NCBI GenBank assembly: GCA_963733195.1
Contig: CAVTCR010000062.1
Span: 352,001-416,000 of the forward strand
From: an uncultured delta proteobacterium
GTDB lineage: Bacteria > Desulfobacterota > Binatia > Bin18
Direction: 5' to 3'
Length of the DNA: 64,000 bases
Shown here: positions 53,312-64,000 of the stretch, in pieces
How positions within the stretch are numbered: position 1 is the stretch's first letter
Layout of the letters: every line of letters starts with the position of its first letter
The notes under the pieces: model-generated
The model's database searches: none
Told to the model about the DNA's origin: nothing
The model's input: only the letters and a program-made list of their open reading frames with translations
Program-made: the position numbers and the translations under genes

Positions 53312-54523
53312 CTAGTTTGCATGTTTCCGCAAGAACGCCGGGATATCGAACTTATCTTCGCTCTCAGCATGCGACGTTGATGTTACAGCAGGCGCGTTTT
53401 CTGCTTGCCGTTTACGTTGCCAGGTCGGCACGTCAAGATCGTCAATTGAGCCCATATGCACAACTTTCCGTCCACCTAGAGCAATCGGCTGTTGTCCACG
53501 AACTCCGACTCCACCACGCAGCGCGCTGAGCGACGGTTTTCCGGTTGTCGGTAGCTGCAACACTTCTTCCTCACCAAATCCGGTCGCAATCACAGTGATA
53601 CGGAGTTCATCACCAAGAGTTTCGTCGATCACGGCACCAAAGATAATGTTGGCCTCTTCGTCTGCTTCTTCTTGAATCAGCGTTGCTGCTTCATTAACCT
53701 CATGGAGTGTAAGATCAGCACCCCCAGTGACGTTGATCAATACACCTTTCGCGCCACGGATCGAGATATCTTCAAGCAACGGACTCGCGATAGCCCGTCG
53801 CGCTGCTTCTTCGGCGCGATTCTCACCAGTCGCCAATGCCGCACCCATAATCGCCATACCCATTTCCGACATAATCGTTCGTACATCAGCGAAATCGAGG
53901 TTAATCAGTCCGTGAACAGTAATGAGATCAGAGATGCCACGCACAGCCTGCAACAGCACTTCATCTGCTTTGCGGAACGCTTCTAGTAACGGTTGACTGC
54001 GGCTGGCGACTGCAAGTAAGCGTTGGTTCGGGATCGAAATCAGCGTATCTACGTTTGCCTTTAGTTCCCGCAACCCCTCTTCTGCCTGACGCATCCTTTT
54101 TTTGCCTTCAAAGAGGAAAGGTTTGGAAACTACACCTACAGTAAGTGCACCCATTTCTTTAGCGATACGTGCCACCACGGGAGCCCCACCGGTTCCCGTC
54201 CCGCCTCCCATCCCCCCAGTCACGAACACCATATCCGCGCCACTGAGCAACTCGCGGATCTCGTCTTCAGTCTCCATCGTCGCGCGGCGACCAATCTCCG
54301 GGTTCGCTCCCGCCCCAAGTCCTTTGGTGAGGTCACCGCCAAGTTGGACCTTGGTGGGCGCAAGATTCACCCGCAAGGCCTGCGCGTCAGTATTCGCGGT
54401 AATGAAATCAACACCAGAGAGCCCAGCCGCAATCATAGTGTTTACCGCATTCCCGCCAGCGCCACCAACGCCAACGATGCGAATCTGGGCCTTATTGCCA
54501 TCCTGCTCAACAAATTCGATCAT
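53312..54523 (-). CDS. ftsZ: Cell division GTPase FtsZ
   Basis: [28 protein letters not shown]-terminal DIPAFLRK. Confidence 0.98.
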   Translation of the reverse strand: MIEFVEQDGNKAQIRIVGVGGAGGNAVNTMIAAGLSGVDFITANTDAQALRVNLAPTKVQLGGDLTKGLGAGANPEIGRRATMETEDEIRELLSGADMVFVTGGMGGGTGTGGAPVVARIAKEMGALTVGVVSKPFLFEGKKRMRQAEEGLRELKANVDTLISIPNQRLLAVASRSQPLLEAFRKADEVLLQAVRGISDLITVHGLINLDFADVRTIMSEMGMAIMGAALATGENRAEEAARRAIASPLLEDISIRGAKGVLINVTGGADLTLHEVNEAATLIQEEADEEANIIFGAVIDETLGDELRITVIATGFGEEEVLQLPTTGKPSLSALRGGVGVRGQQPIALGGRKVVHMGSIDDLDVPTWQRKRQAENAPAVTSTSHAESEDKFDIPAFLRKHAN

Positions 54524-54579
54524 CTCACACCTCCTCCTGTTGTTACTGTCCCTCCCCTGCGGGAGGTTCTGTTACTGCG

Positions 54580-55812
54580 TTAGAAAAAATCACGAAACCA
54601 TTCGGCGACTCGTTCTCGCATCCGCTGCCATCCATGTCCGCTCTGGCCACGTGCGACTCCGTTGCCGTGATGATGCTGGAGTTCACGCAGCGCGAGCCCG
54701 ATACCAGTGGCGTACATCGGCCCATTCACCGCATCGACAGTATTGCCAAGGAACCGTGGCACCCCACGTCGGATCGGCAACCGAAAGACCCGTTCCGCTA
54801 GCTCCGTCATCCCTTCCATGATGGCACTGCCACCAGTCAGAACGATTCCAGCACCGAGTCTTCCTAACAACCCATTCGCTTCACACTGTTCTTTAACTAA
54901 GGAAAAGATCTCTTCTGCCCGTGGTTCAATAATCTCACTGAGTTTGCGGCGCGGCATCGGCGAGGGATCGCGCCCCCCGACCCTCGGCATTTCAATCATC
55001 TCACCAGGAGTTATCATATCTACGAGTGCACAGCCATGCCGTTGCTTAATTTTCTCGGCCTCCGCCTCAGGAATGCGCAGGCCGACAGCAAGGTCCTTGG
55101 TCATGTTATAACCACCAACGGGAAGCACAGCAGTATGCGTGACCGCTCCGCGCTGGAAAGCTACAATGCTTGTCGTTCCGCTGCCGATATCAAGGAGTAC
55201 AACTCCTAACTCCCTCTCTTCCGGCGTGAGCACGGCCTCGGCAGCCGCGAGGCCACCAAAGTGCATACTATTGACGTGCAATCCTGCCCGCTCGCAACAG
55301 CGCGCAAGGCTTTCAAGGGCACCGGTCGCAGCCATGACAAGGTGGACGTTCGCCTCAAGTCGCACTCCCGAGGTTCCGACCGGCTCGTGCCCACGATCTT
55401 GCCCATCGACGAAGAACTCCTGCGGAACCACGTGGAGGATCTCACACTCTGCCGGCAACGCGACCGTGCGCGCAACCTCAATCACTCGCGCGACATCTTC
55501 CGGTGAGACTTCACGATCCTTGACAACTACCATCCCCGGACTCGTCAAGCCGGTGATATGAGCACCGGCAATCGCCGTACAGACATTATGAATCTCACTA
55601 CTCGTGCCAAGCTGCGCTTCTTCTACTGCTTTGCGAATCGCCTGGACTGTCGCCTCAACGTTAATGACTTGCCCTTTTCGTAGACCTCCCTGGGACAAAG
55701 CGGTCCCCACTCCCAGTACTTCGATGCCTTCCGGCGTGGATTCTGCCACGACAACAGCGGTTTTATAGGTTCCGACATCAAGACTCACAATGAGAGAGTT
55801 TTCTTTCGCCAT
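54580..55812 (-). CDS. ftsA: Cell division protein FtsA
   Basis: [24 protein letters not shown]-terminal amphipathic WFRDFF. Confidence 0.97.
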   Translation of the reverse strand: MAKENSLIVSLDVGTYKTAVVVAESTPEGIEVLGVGTALSQGGLRKGQVINVEATVQAIRKAVEEAQLGTSSEIHNVCTAIAGAHITGLTSPGMVVVKDREVSPEDVARVIEVARTVALPAECEILHVVPQEFFVDGQDRGHEPVGTSGVRLEANVHLVMAATGALESLARCCERAGLHVNSMHFGGLAAAEAVLTPEERELGVVLLDIGSGTTSIVAFQRGAVTHTAVLPVGGYNMTKDLAVGLRIPEAEAEKIKQRHGCALVDMITPGEMIEMPRVGGRDPSPMPRRKLSEIIEPRAEEIFSLVKEQCEANGLLGRLGAGIVLTGGSAIMEGMTELAERVFRLPIRRGVPRFLGNTVDAVNGPMYATGIGLALRELQHHHGNGVARGQSGHGWQRMRERVAEWFRDFF

Positions 55813-55822
55813 GATACTTCCT

Positions 55823-56687
55823 TTATAGCGGATCAGCAGGAGTTACTGGACGTAATCCGTACTCATCAAGAAACGGACGGACGACAACCTGATTTATAAA
55901 GCGAGCATCAAACAATGCTGGAGGACCGTCTACTGGCCATTGCGCTAACACGGTCGTGACCTGAGCAAACTTCTCTGGTGCCGTTTCCCACCCTAAACGA
56001 ATGGCGAGGTGACGGCGAGCAAGAAACACGGTGTAGCCAGTTCCCCAATCCCAGCGGATCTCCGACACGGGCTCAGCCCATAATTCCTTCGCTAACGATA
56101 ACAGCGATACCGTTCCAGTCAGCGCCGTCCGTGCTGTTGCTGTGTCTAACTCATCTTTAGCGAACCCGGTCACATATGGCAGATCAAGTTCTTTCTTCTG
56201 TGCTTGCGATGTAAACCACACTCCGTCCTTGTCGAGATAGGTCAATGACGGATGGGCGACGACAGCGATGGGATGTCGCGTCTGCACTTGTACGACGACG
56301 CGCTGTGGAAATTCGCGTCGAACCTCAACATCTCGAATACCCTGGTATGTCAGCAAGCGTGCACGTACCTGTTCCGGGTCAACAGTCCACAGGTTCATGC
56401 CGTGAGTTATCCCACTCCAGGCAATAATCTCTTCTTGTGAGAACAGCGCTCCCACATCCAAGTCAATGTCAATCGCACTGATAGAAAAATACGGATGTTG
56501 CTGGGTATAGTGGGATATCATCAGCCATCCCGTCGGCGACATACAAACTCGCGCCAAGCAGCATAAGAAGAGTGAGCATATACCATCGCTTTTGCGTGGG
56601 CACGCTTGGAGTTGTGCGCCGGTTCTCGTGCTTGCCCCACGCTTTCCAGCGATTGACCAGTGTTGCAGTCAGCGACAACGTACTCAC
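55823..56687 (-). CDS. ftsQ: Cell division protein FtsQ/DivIB (frameshift near 56530)
   Basis: TM segment, POTRA motif VEVRREFPQRVVV, DARF; position between ddl and ftsA. Confidence 0.85.
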
Positions 56688-57622
56688 CGTGCACTCCTTT
56701 GGATATGTAAGGTCGCCCGTTGAAGAATGGCTTCCACCAAATCCCCGTAATCCAAACCCACTGCCGCTGCGATACGCGGGAGATAGCTCAGAGCTGTAAA
56801 TCCTGGTAGCGAATTAACTTCGAGGAGGAAGACCTCGCCTTGTTCATTGATTCTGGTATCGACACGACTGTAACCGCTACAGCCCAACGCCAGGTGCGCC
56901 GTCAGCGCAATCTGCAGCACTCGCTCATATAACGACGGTGGTAACGGCGCTGGTAAAATGAACTCTTCACGACCAGCGGTGTATTTGACGTCGTACGAAT
57001 GAAACTCACCTTTGGCGACAACTTCCATCGCCCCTAATGCGCGTTCGCCTAGAATCCCGACTGTTACCTCTTTACCTGGGATATACGTCTCCACCAATGC
57101 TTGCGGATCATAACGGAATGCTTCCGCTAAACCGCTTTGCAGGGTCTCTGCCGAACGAACGATACTGACGCCAACACTCGATCCTTCAGTAGTCGGTTTC
57201 ACTACAACGGGATACGATAGTGTGAGGGTTTCGGGTTTCTCTTTATCAATTACTTGCCACGTTGGAGTCGGCAAGCCGTAGGTGTGCCACACGCGCTTGG
57301 CCATCGGCTTATTCATAGCCAATGCGCTCGCAAGCACACCAGAACCAGTGTACGGCACTCCCAACAATTCAAGGACTGCTTGTACTGTTCCGTCTTCACC
57401 AAACTTGCCGTGAAGTGCAATGAAGGCAACATCAATGGTGCGGATGTGGGTGATCCATGCACCGGTTGCATCTACCTCGATTGGCGTCACCGTGTACCCC
57501 CGCTCTCGCAACGCCTGACTGACACCGGCTTCGGTCAAACGGGAGATTTCTTGTTCGGCGGAGAGTCCGCCAAAGAGCACCCCCACTCGTTTGTCGCGCC
57601 AAGTTGTACTCATCACATTCAT
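56684..57622 (-). CDS. ddl: D-alanine-D-alanine ligase
   Basis: GGLSAEQEIS, LHGKFGEDG, EGSSVG, LEVNSLPG. Confidence 0.96.
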   Translation of the reverse strand: MNVMSTTWRDKRVGVLFGGLSAEQEISRLTEAGVSQALRERGYTVTPIEVDATGAWITHIRTIDVAFIALHGKFGEDGTVQAVLELLGVPYTGSGVLASALAMNKPMAKRVWHTYGLPTPTWQVIDKEKPETLTLSYPVVVKPTTEGSSVGVSIVRSAETLQSGLAEAFRYDPQALVETYIPGKEVTVGILGERALGAMEVVAKGEFHSYDVKYTAGREEFILPAPLPPSLYERVLQIALTAHLALGCSGYSRVDTRINEQGEVFLLEVNSLPGFTALSYLPRIAAAVGLDYGDLVEAILQRATLHIQRSAR

Positions 57623-57659
57623 CCCTTAGTTACGTATCGTCGTCAATCCGAATCTGACC

Positions 57660-58578
57660 CTACCAATCCCCCACAAGTCGAACTTCCGGTTCTAACCAAA
57701 TATTGTTTTTTTCCCATACCGTTCGTTGGATCTGATCCATCAGCAACCTGACATCGCTCGCGCTCGCGCCTCCAGTATTCACGATAAAATTCGCATGTTG
57801 CTCAGATACCTGCGCTCGTCCTTGTACTTGTCCCTTGAGCCCTGCAGATTCAATGAGGCGGCCAGCATAGGTGCCAGGAGGATTCTTAAAGATCGAGCCA
57901 GCATTCGGATACCCGTGAGGTTGAGTCTTGTGGCGTTTGTGTTGTGCCTTGCTCATCACTGCGGCAATCTCTTCTGCGTGTCCACGCATGAGATGAAACT
58001 CTACTTCTGTCACGGCAAATTGAGGCGGTAGCCCTGTCCGTCGATAGGCAAACCCTAGTGCCTCGCCACGTAAACGTTCACTTCTCCCCTCACGATGTAC
58101 GCCAGTAATCGCCGCAACAACTGCGCTGAGTTCGCCACCAAACGCGCCGGCATTCATTAAGAGACCACCACCAACAGTTCCAGGAATTCCCTCAGCAAAC
58201 TCCACTCCGCGATAGCCCTTCCGAACCGCCTCGCGGACAAACCGTCCCAATGAATTCGCCGCTCCGACGCGTACCGTCGCATCCTCGTGGTGATTCCTCC
58301 CATCTGACATAGTTAAATCCGTCGCCCAATTTCACCACAACGCCACGAACCCCTTTGTCACTGACCAGAATGTTCGTTCCTCCCCCAAGCAGAAACATCG
58401 GCACCGATTCTTCAGACAGTAACGCGAGCAACGTTTGCAACTCGTCGAGCGTATCTGGTTCAGCAAACGCATCTGCAGGCCCACCAATACGGAACGAGGT
58501 GTGACGAGCGAGGGAAAAGGAGAACCGCACTCGTTCACCTAACAAGTTGGTCAGTCGCTCGCACAGTTCAGGACGCAC
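57660..58578 (-). CDS. murB: UDP-N-acetylenolpyruvoylglucosamine reductase (frameshift near 58300)
   Basis: HTSFRIGGPA, GGGTNIL, GIPGTVGG..MNAGA, AGSIFKNP, HANFIVN. Confidence 0.95.
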
Positions 58579-60121
58579 GCAGCCCTCCCTCCTGCAAGCG
58601 TGACAGCAGTCCCACGCCAGTGCGGTAAATGTCGCCTGCACCAAGAGTGAGGACAATATCGCCGGGTTGCACGACATCCAAGAGCGCGGCGACAATCTCC
58701 TCCTTCTGGGGTAGAAAACGCACATCCGCGTGCCCGCGCTTTTTCAATGCGCGGTACAATGATTCACCGGTAACGCCTTCAATACTTTCCTCACCCGCGG
58801 CATACATTTCAGTCAGAAACAACACATCGGCATCATCAAACGCCGAAAGAAAATCGTCGAACAAATCTCGCGTACGTGAATAACGATGTGGTTGAAACAA
58901 GGCAATCAGACGGCGGTCTCCTCCACGTGCCACTCCCTCGCGCGCGGCACGTAGCGTAACACGAAGCTCTTCTGGGTGATGCGCATAATCATCGACCACC
59001 ATCACTCCGGCCTCTTCCCCTTTGACCTCAAAGCGTCGCTGAATGCCGGCAAACGCAGCCAGTGCCTCTTGTACCTGCGCGAATGGAATACCGAGTTCAC
59101 GAGCCACAGCCACAACAGCCAGTGCATTTAATGCATAGTGACGGCCAGGGAGATTCAAGCGTAATGGTCCCAAACATTCCTGCCCATGCCACACTTCACA
59201 CGAAGTCATCAGTCCGGTCACGCGCAAGTCACGGGCAGTTAACTCCGCGTCCGGCCCAAGTCCATACGTCACAAACCGCTTATGAACGTGCGGCAACAAC
59301 GCACGTACGTTCACGCTATCCAGACACAGGACGGCCCGCCCATAGAAAGGAATACGATTAATGAACGAAAGATATGCGGCTTTGGCTTTTTCGAGGTCAC
59401 CATAGAAATCGAGATGCTCGGGGTCGATATTAGTCACTACCACGACAGTGGGACTCAACAGGACGAAAGTACCGTCGCTTTCATCGGCTTCGGCAACAAG
59501 AAAGCGGCTTTGTCCTAAGCGCGCGTTCGCACCACCAAGCACATCGAGTTTGCCGCCAATAACCATGGTCGGATCAAGGTGCGCTTGTGCGAGCACGGCT
59601 GCGATCAACGACGTGGTTGTGGTCTTACCGTGAGTTCCGGCAACCGCAATCCCATATTTCAGTCGCATCAGCTCAGCCAGCATCTCAGCCCGAGGGATGA
59701 CGGGAATCATCAGTTCACGCGCACGAACTACTTCGGGGTTGGAAAACTTCACCGCCGATGAAATAACAACCACGTCCGTCTCCGAGGTTACATGCTCAGC
59801 ACGATGTCCACCACACCAAACTTGGGCTCCGTTAGCGATGAGCCGCCGCGTCGTCTCTGATTCCGCTAAATCAGAGCCACTCACGTGGTACCCCAGGTTC
59901 AATAACAATTCGGCAATCCCACTCATGCCAATGCCACCAATGCCAACGAAGTAAATACGGCGGTTGGTGTCAAACAACACTTGCCCGTTGCCATTGACGA
60001 TCTGAGATGCAGATTTCCGTGTCCGCCGTCCTTTCCCCAAAACTTCCTTTCCTCTCGAACTTTGGACTTTGGACTTTGGACTTTGGACTCTGGACTCCGG
60101 TCCCCGGCCTTTTACCGCCAT
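58568..60121 (-). CDS. murC: UDP-N-acetylmuramate-L-alanine ligase
   Basis: GIGGIGMSGIA, GTHGKTTT, EADESDG, DDYAHHP, FQPHRYSRT. Confidence 0.97.
   Translation of the reverse strand: MAVKGRGPESRVQSPKSKVQSSRGKEVLGKGRRTRKSASQIVNGNGQVLFDTNRRIYFVGIGGIGMSGIAELLLNLGYHVSGSDLAESETTRRLIANGAQVWCGGHRAEHVTSETDVVVISSAVKFSNPEVVRARELMIPVIPRAEMLAELMRLKYGIAVAGTHGKTTTTSLIAAVLAQAHLDPTMVIGGKLDVLGGANARLGQSRFLVAEADESDGTFVLLSPTVVVVTNIDPEHLDFYGDLEKAKAAYLSFINRIPFYGRAVLCLDSVNVRALLPHVHKRFVTYGLGPDAELTARDLRVTGLMTSCEVWHGQECLGPLRLNLPGRHYALNALAVVAVARELGIPFAQVQEALAAFAGIQRRFEVKGEEAGVMVVDDYAHHPEELRVTLRAAREGVARGGDRRLIALFQPHRYSRTRDLFDDFLSAFDDADVLFLTEMYAAGEESIEGVTGESLYRALKKRGHADVRFLPQKEEIVAALLDVVQPGDIVLTLGAGDIYRTGVGLLSRLQEGGLRAS
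60058..60103. repeat. 7-bp tandem repeat (TTGGACT) in the murC 5' extension
   Basis: gaactttggactttggactttggactttggactctggactccgg. Confidence 0.85.
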
Positions 60122-61242
60122 GCTACCTCCTGTTGCGCTCGCATATCAGGAGGCAAGGATGCCAGACACTCACGTACCACCGCAGTAGTTGCGTCGGGTC
60201 GGCCAACTGTTGTCGCAGCACGTCCCATCGCCTCCAACTGCGCAGGGTTGGTGATCAACGTACGAATCTCATCGCTCATACGCTCGGGAGTTAGCTCTGC
60301 ATCGAGGACTATACGGGCTGCGCCAGCCTGCAGCAAAATTTCGGCGTTGGCACGCTGGTGGTCATCAACTGCATACGGATACGGAATTAAAATGGCGGGT
60401 TTGCCGAGCGACGTCAGCTCGGCAATCGTGGTTGCTCCTGCACGGCACACCACCAAATCTGTTGCCAGATACATTTCTTGCATGTTGTCGATGAACGGAA
60501 CGACTGCGGCTTGCAACCCAAGCCGAGCGTATGTCGCACTCACCTCTGCATGATCAGCTTTGCCAGTTTGATGAACGACACGCACCTTCCCTTGGTCTTG
60601 CCCTAGCAATGCTAACGCGTGTGGCAACGTCTGATTCAGTCGTCGCGCTCCTGCGCTCCCGCCGAAAATCAGGAGTGTACACTGTGTCTTCGGCGCAATT
60701 GTCGGAGCAGAGTTCTTCTGTACGCTGCTGGATTTCCAGCGGACGGGATTGCCGGTGTACACGGCCTTATGAGCAGGAAAAATTGCCGCAGTCTGCGGAA
60801 ACCCGACACATACTTTGGTCGCCAACCGACCTAACCATTTGTTTGTCATTCCCGGAATCGCATTTGGCTCTAAGAGGACACAAGGGATGCGACGGAGCCA
60901 CCCCACCACAACTGTCGGGGCAGAAGCATAGCCGCCAATGCTGAAGATCAGGTCTGGAGCGAAATCGCGTACGACGCGCCAAGCTACTCCGATCGCACGA
61001 AAAGCTGCCCACAGTGAGTGGAGGACACCTCGCCAATTGCGACCGCGCAATTGCTCAGCCGGAATAAATCGCAAAGCAAAACCCAGTCGTGGAATCATGT
61101 CCTTTTCCATTCCGTGCTGCGTCCCAACGAATAGGATCTCCGCTCCCACATCACGCCGTGCGGCTTCAGCAACAGCGACACCTGGAAACAGATGACCTCC
61201 AGTACCGCCGGCCGCAAAAAGCATACGGACAGCTCTAGGCAT
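60112..61242 (-). CDS. murG: Lipid II GlcNAc transferase
   Basis: GGTGGHLFP, GGYAS, TGNPVR, GGSAGA, RAGATT, HQRANA. Confidence 0.97.
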   Translation of the reverse strand: MPRAVRMLFAAGGTGGHLFPGVAVAEAARRDVGAEILFVGTQHGMEKDMIPRLGFALRFIPAEQLRGRNWRGVLHSLWAAFRAIGVAWRVVRDFAPDLIFSIGGYASAPTVVVGWLRRIPCVLLEPNAIPGMTNKWLGRLATKVCVGFPQTAAIFPAHKAVYTGNPVRWKSSSVQKNSAPTIAPKTQCTLLIFGGSAGARRLNQTLPHALALLGQDQGKVRVVHQTGKADHAEVSATYARLGLQAAVVPFIDNMQEMYLATDLVVCRAGATTIAELTSLGKPAILIPYPYAVDDHQRANAEILLQAGAARIVLDAELTPERMSDEIRTLITNPAQLEAMGRAATTVGRPDATTAVVRECLASLPPDMRAQQEVAWR

Positions 61243-62419
61243 ACGCTTGATTCTCCCGCAGGCTCTCACGTGAGAGACTCAAAAGTACGCCAGCACAAAT
61301 CAGCGCAGTAACTAACGCCGATCCACCATAACTAATAAAAGGCAATGGCAGCCCCTTTGTCGGCAAGAGCCCGAGGACAACCCCCATGTTCAACCCAGCC
61401 TGGCACACCAACAGAAACGTACAGCCGAACGCTAAAAGCCGTCCGAACGGCTGCGGATGCCGCATCGCTACACGCAAGCCACGCACTCCCAATAAGGCGA
61501 AGAGTACGATGATAGTTCCACCTCCCCACAGTCCGGCCTCCTCACCAACTACAGCGAAGATAAAATCTGTGTGCGCCTCTGGGAGATACAACATCTTCTG
61601 ACGGCTTTCACCCAAACCGACGCCGTAGACACCTCCGGCTCCAAATGCCAGCAGCGACTGATTGAGTTGATAACTGTGCCCTTGCTTGTGTTCGCTTTTG
61701 TTAAAAAAGGAGGTGACACGATTGAAGCGGTATTGGGCCGTTAATGTGGCGCAAATGAAGAGGACGATCCCACACACAGCCAACAGTCCAAGGTGGCGCA
61801 GGCGAGCCCCGGCGACAAACAGCATGGCAAACAGGACAAGGCCGACAGAAACCGCACCACCAAGATCCGGTTCCAAAGCAATCAAAAGGATGATTGCACC
61901 AATAATCACTAGAGGAGGAAGAATGCCGTAGAAAAAGTCCCCGATCCGCCCAGCTTTCTTCGCCAGGGAGGTTGCGAGATATAACACCGCGGCCCCTTTG
62001 GCGAGTTCTGATGGTTGGAAGTTGATCGGGCCAGCGTGAATCCAGCGATGGACCTTCCCGTACGAAACTCCCGGAGCAAAAACGATCGCGAGGCTCACGA
62101 ATGCCAACGCGAGTAATGGGTAGGCGAACCGCCGATAGGTCTGCGACGGGATCATCGAGGCAAGGACGAGGCCACTGCCACCAATGAGGACCGCAAGCTG
62201 ATGTTTCCAAAAGAAGCGGTAAGGGTCGTTGAAACGTTCGAACGCGTAAAAATACGATGTACTGAAGACCATCACCTCGCCGATAAGCAACAGCACAACC
62301 ACAGCCAGCAACAACCAGGGATCAAACAGCCCACGTTGAATAGTGGAACTTGGTGCTACAGTCGGTATGCGTTGCGACCGTAACAACACCGTTGGTTGTA
62401 TGAACACCTCACCCGTCAT
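61235..62419 (-). CDS. ftsW: SEDS peptidoglycan polymerase FtsW
   Basis: RWI..FQPSELAK, EPDLG, YLPEAHTDFIF..GEE, PTKGLPLPFISYGGS. Confidence 0.96.
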   Translation of the reverse strand: MTGEVFIQPTVLLRSQRIPTVAPSSTIQRGLFDPWLLLAVVVLLLIGEVMVFSTSYFYAFERFNDPYRFFWKHQLAVLIGGSGLVLASMIPSQTYRRFAYPLLALAFVSLAIVFAPGVSYGKVHRWIHAGPINFQPSELAKGAAVLYLATSLAKKAGRIGDFFYGILPPLVIIGAIILLIALEPDLGGAVSVGLVLFAMLFVAGARLRHLGLLAVCGIVLFICATLTAQYRFNRVTSFFNKSEHKQGHSYQLNQSLLAFGAGGVYGVGLGESRQKMLYLPEAHTDFIFAVVGEEAGLWGGGTIIVLFALLGVRGLRVAMRHPQPFGRLLAFGCTFLLVCQAGLNMGVVLGLLPTKGLPLPFISYGGSALVTALICAGVLLSLSRESLRENQAYA

Positions 62420-63756
62420 AACGCCTCCACAGCCGCCCGAAACACTTCCCCACGGTGGGCATAGTTACGAAATTGATCAAAGCTCGCACACGCTGGCGAG
62501 AGCAGAACTGTATCTCCTGCACATGCGATTGTCGCCGCTGCGCGGACGGCCTCAGCCAGGGTGTCCACAACAAGCGTATCCGTCGCGTTCCCCAGTGCGG
62601 ACGCGATGATCTCCCGCGCTGCACCAAAGAGAATCAATTTTCTCACCTTGGTTTGCACAAGGTGTCGCAATGGGCAGTAGTCCCCTCCCTTATCGACTCC
62701 TCCGGCCAGCAAAATGACTGGTCCATCAAAACTTGCGAGCGATTGCACCACCGCGCCCACATTCGTACCTTTGGAATCATCGAAATACGTGACACCCTGT
62801 TTCGTCGCGACCAATTCCAGTCGATGGCGTAGTCCAGTGAAGCGAACCAGCACTCGCGCTACGACATCAGATGGAACTCCCCAGAGTATTGCGGTTCCGA
62901 CCGCAGCCATGACATTTTCAAGATTATGACGCCCATAGAGGCGCAATCCTACAAGCGAAAGGCGCGTCTCTTGTCCCGCAATACTTACAACGAGTATTTT
63001 TTTTGCGACGTCGATCCAGACCCCGTGCGTGACGGGCTCCCAGCCAAACGAAAAGAGCTGCCCAGAAAGCCCTTGCACGAAGCGTCGGACTTCAGGGTCC
63101 TGGCGATTGATAATCATCCAGTCCGTTGGTTCCTGCCGTAAAAACAATGCCCGTTTTGCTTCTCCATACGCGGCAAGCGTGCCATGTCGATCCAGGTGGT
63201 CTTCTGTCAGGTTCAGCCAAACGCCGATGCGAGGACGGAACTGCTCGACCCATTCCAGTTGGAAACTCGACACTTCGGCAACGACAACCTCAGCATCTCC
63301 ACTCACAGCATCCAGCAACGGGGTCCCAAGATTGCCACCAACAAAGACTCGCTGGCCGTGTTCGCGCAAACATTCACCGAGTAATGTGGTGGTCGTACTC
63401 TTGCCGTTGGTACCGGTCACTGCCAGCACCGGTACATGCAAGAAACGAAACGCCAATTCTATCTCGCTCCATACCGGAATGCCGCGTTGCCGTGCCACGA
63501 TCAAGAGCGGAGCTGTGCGCGGAACACCAGGACTTGGCACAACCAGATCAATACCGTTGAGCAACGTCTCGTCTTCGGTTCCTAGACACACCTCAGGTAC
63601 GATATCCGCAATCTGCGCCAGCTCTTCTTTGAAATGGGCCTCATTCTGACGGTCAGTGACCCGTACACGTCCGCCACATCGAGCGATAAAGCGGGCGACA
63701 CTGACACCAGTACGTTTTAGGCCAATGATAAGAACAATCTTCCCGCTAAACTTCAC
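62416..63756 (-). CDS. murD: UDP-MurNAc-L-Ala-D-glutamate ligase
   Basis: SPGVP, TGTNGKSTTT, EVSSFQLE, DHLDRH, DDSKGTN, LLSPACASFD. Confidence 0.97.
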   Translation of the reverse strand: MKFSGKIVLIIGLKRTGVSVARFIARCGGRVRVTDRQNEAHFKEELAQIADIVPEVCLGTEDETLLNGIDLVVPSPGVPRTAPLLIVARQRGIPVWSEIELAFRFLHVPVLAVTGTNGKSTTTTLLGECLREHGQRVFVGGNLGTPLLDAVSGDAEVVVAEVSSFQLEWVEQFRPRIGVWLNLTEDHLDRHGTLAAYGEAKRALFLRQEPTDWMIINRQDPEVRRFVQGLSGQLFSFGWEPVTHGVWIDVAKKILVVSIAGQETRLSLVGLRLYGRHNLENVMAAVGTAILWGVPSDVVARVLVRFTGLRHRLELVATKQGVTYFDDSKGTNVGAVVQSLASFDGPVILLAGGVDKGGDYCPLRHLVQTKVRKLILFGAAREIIASALGNATDTLVVDTLAEAVRAAATIACAGDTVLLSPACASFDQFRNYAHRGEVFRAAVEAL

Positions 63757-63761
63757 GGGAG

Positions 63762-64000
63762 CTACCTCAACTTTAATGTACTCAGTGCCGCAACGGCACA
63801 AATAACCGAGATGATCCAGAAGCGAACGATGATTTGCGGCTCAGGCCACCCTTTCAATTCAAAATGATGGTGAATCGGCGCCATGCGGAAAATGCGTCTC
63901 CGTGTGAGCTTGTATGAGGTCACTTGGGAAATCACTGAGACCGCCTCAACCACAAACACACCACCAGCAACCACCAGCACCAACTCTTGCTTACTAATTA
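63762..64000 (-). CDS. mraY: Phospho-MurNAc-pentapeptide transferase (3' part)
   Basis: [39 protein letters not shown]. Confidence 0.96.
   Translation of the reverse strand, partial: ISKQELVLVVAGGVFVVEAVSVISQVTSYKLTRRRIFRMAPIHHHFELKGWPEPQIIVRFWIISVICAVAALSTLKLR

Noticed and set aside
536-58578. Split ORFs in sthA, the cyclase, radical SAM, thiolase, ftsQ and murB as programmed frameshifts or pseudogenes
   Set aside because: Essential genes are also affected and the breaks are scattered single-base indels, consistent with sequencing error.

Overview
Bacterial chromosomal segment of about 54% GC (visual estimate). The gene content resembles Deltaproteobacteria-like/Binatia lineages; this is an inference, not a tested placement. 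The sequence has many single-base indels, including in essential genes (murB, ftsQ), so most frameshifts are probably long-read errors. Left part (1-28 kb): metabolic and signalling genes, including sthA, an adenylate cyclase-TPR protein, acpS, a radical SAM enzyme, a STAND/AAA regulator followed by secreted HEAT-repeat and metzincin-FG-GAP proteins, c-di-GMP enzymes, a CoA transferase, an ABC exporter and DUF4139. Centre (28-46 kb): an accessory hotspot with an HTH-WYL-WCX regulator split by an ISAzo13 element, a palindromic GTGAC-N7-GTCAC site just before cas3, a full type I-E operon, and a 10-repeat/9-spacer array. After the array come gene cassettes (vapBC, DUF3160, IS5, a coiled-coil gene, a secreted tandem-domain protein) separated by orphan copies of a different, type I-B-like CRISPR repeat. 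A 30-bp relic of the DUF4139 3' end at 41217 brackets the whole CRISPR module as a ~13.5-kb insertion. Right part (46-64 kb): catabolic enzymes and the dcw cluster (mraY-murD-ftsW-murG-murC-murB-ddl-ftsQ-ftsA-ftsZ). The best novelty candidates are the cassettes delimited by foreign CRISPR repeats and the apparently WYL-controlled cas operon.
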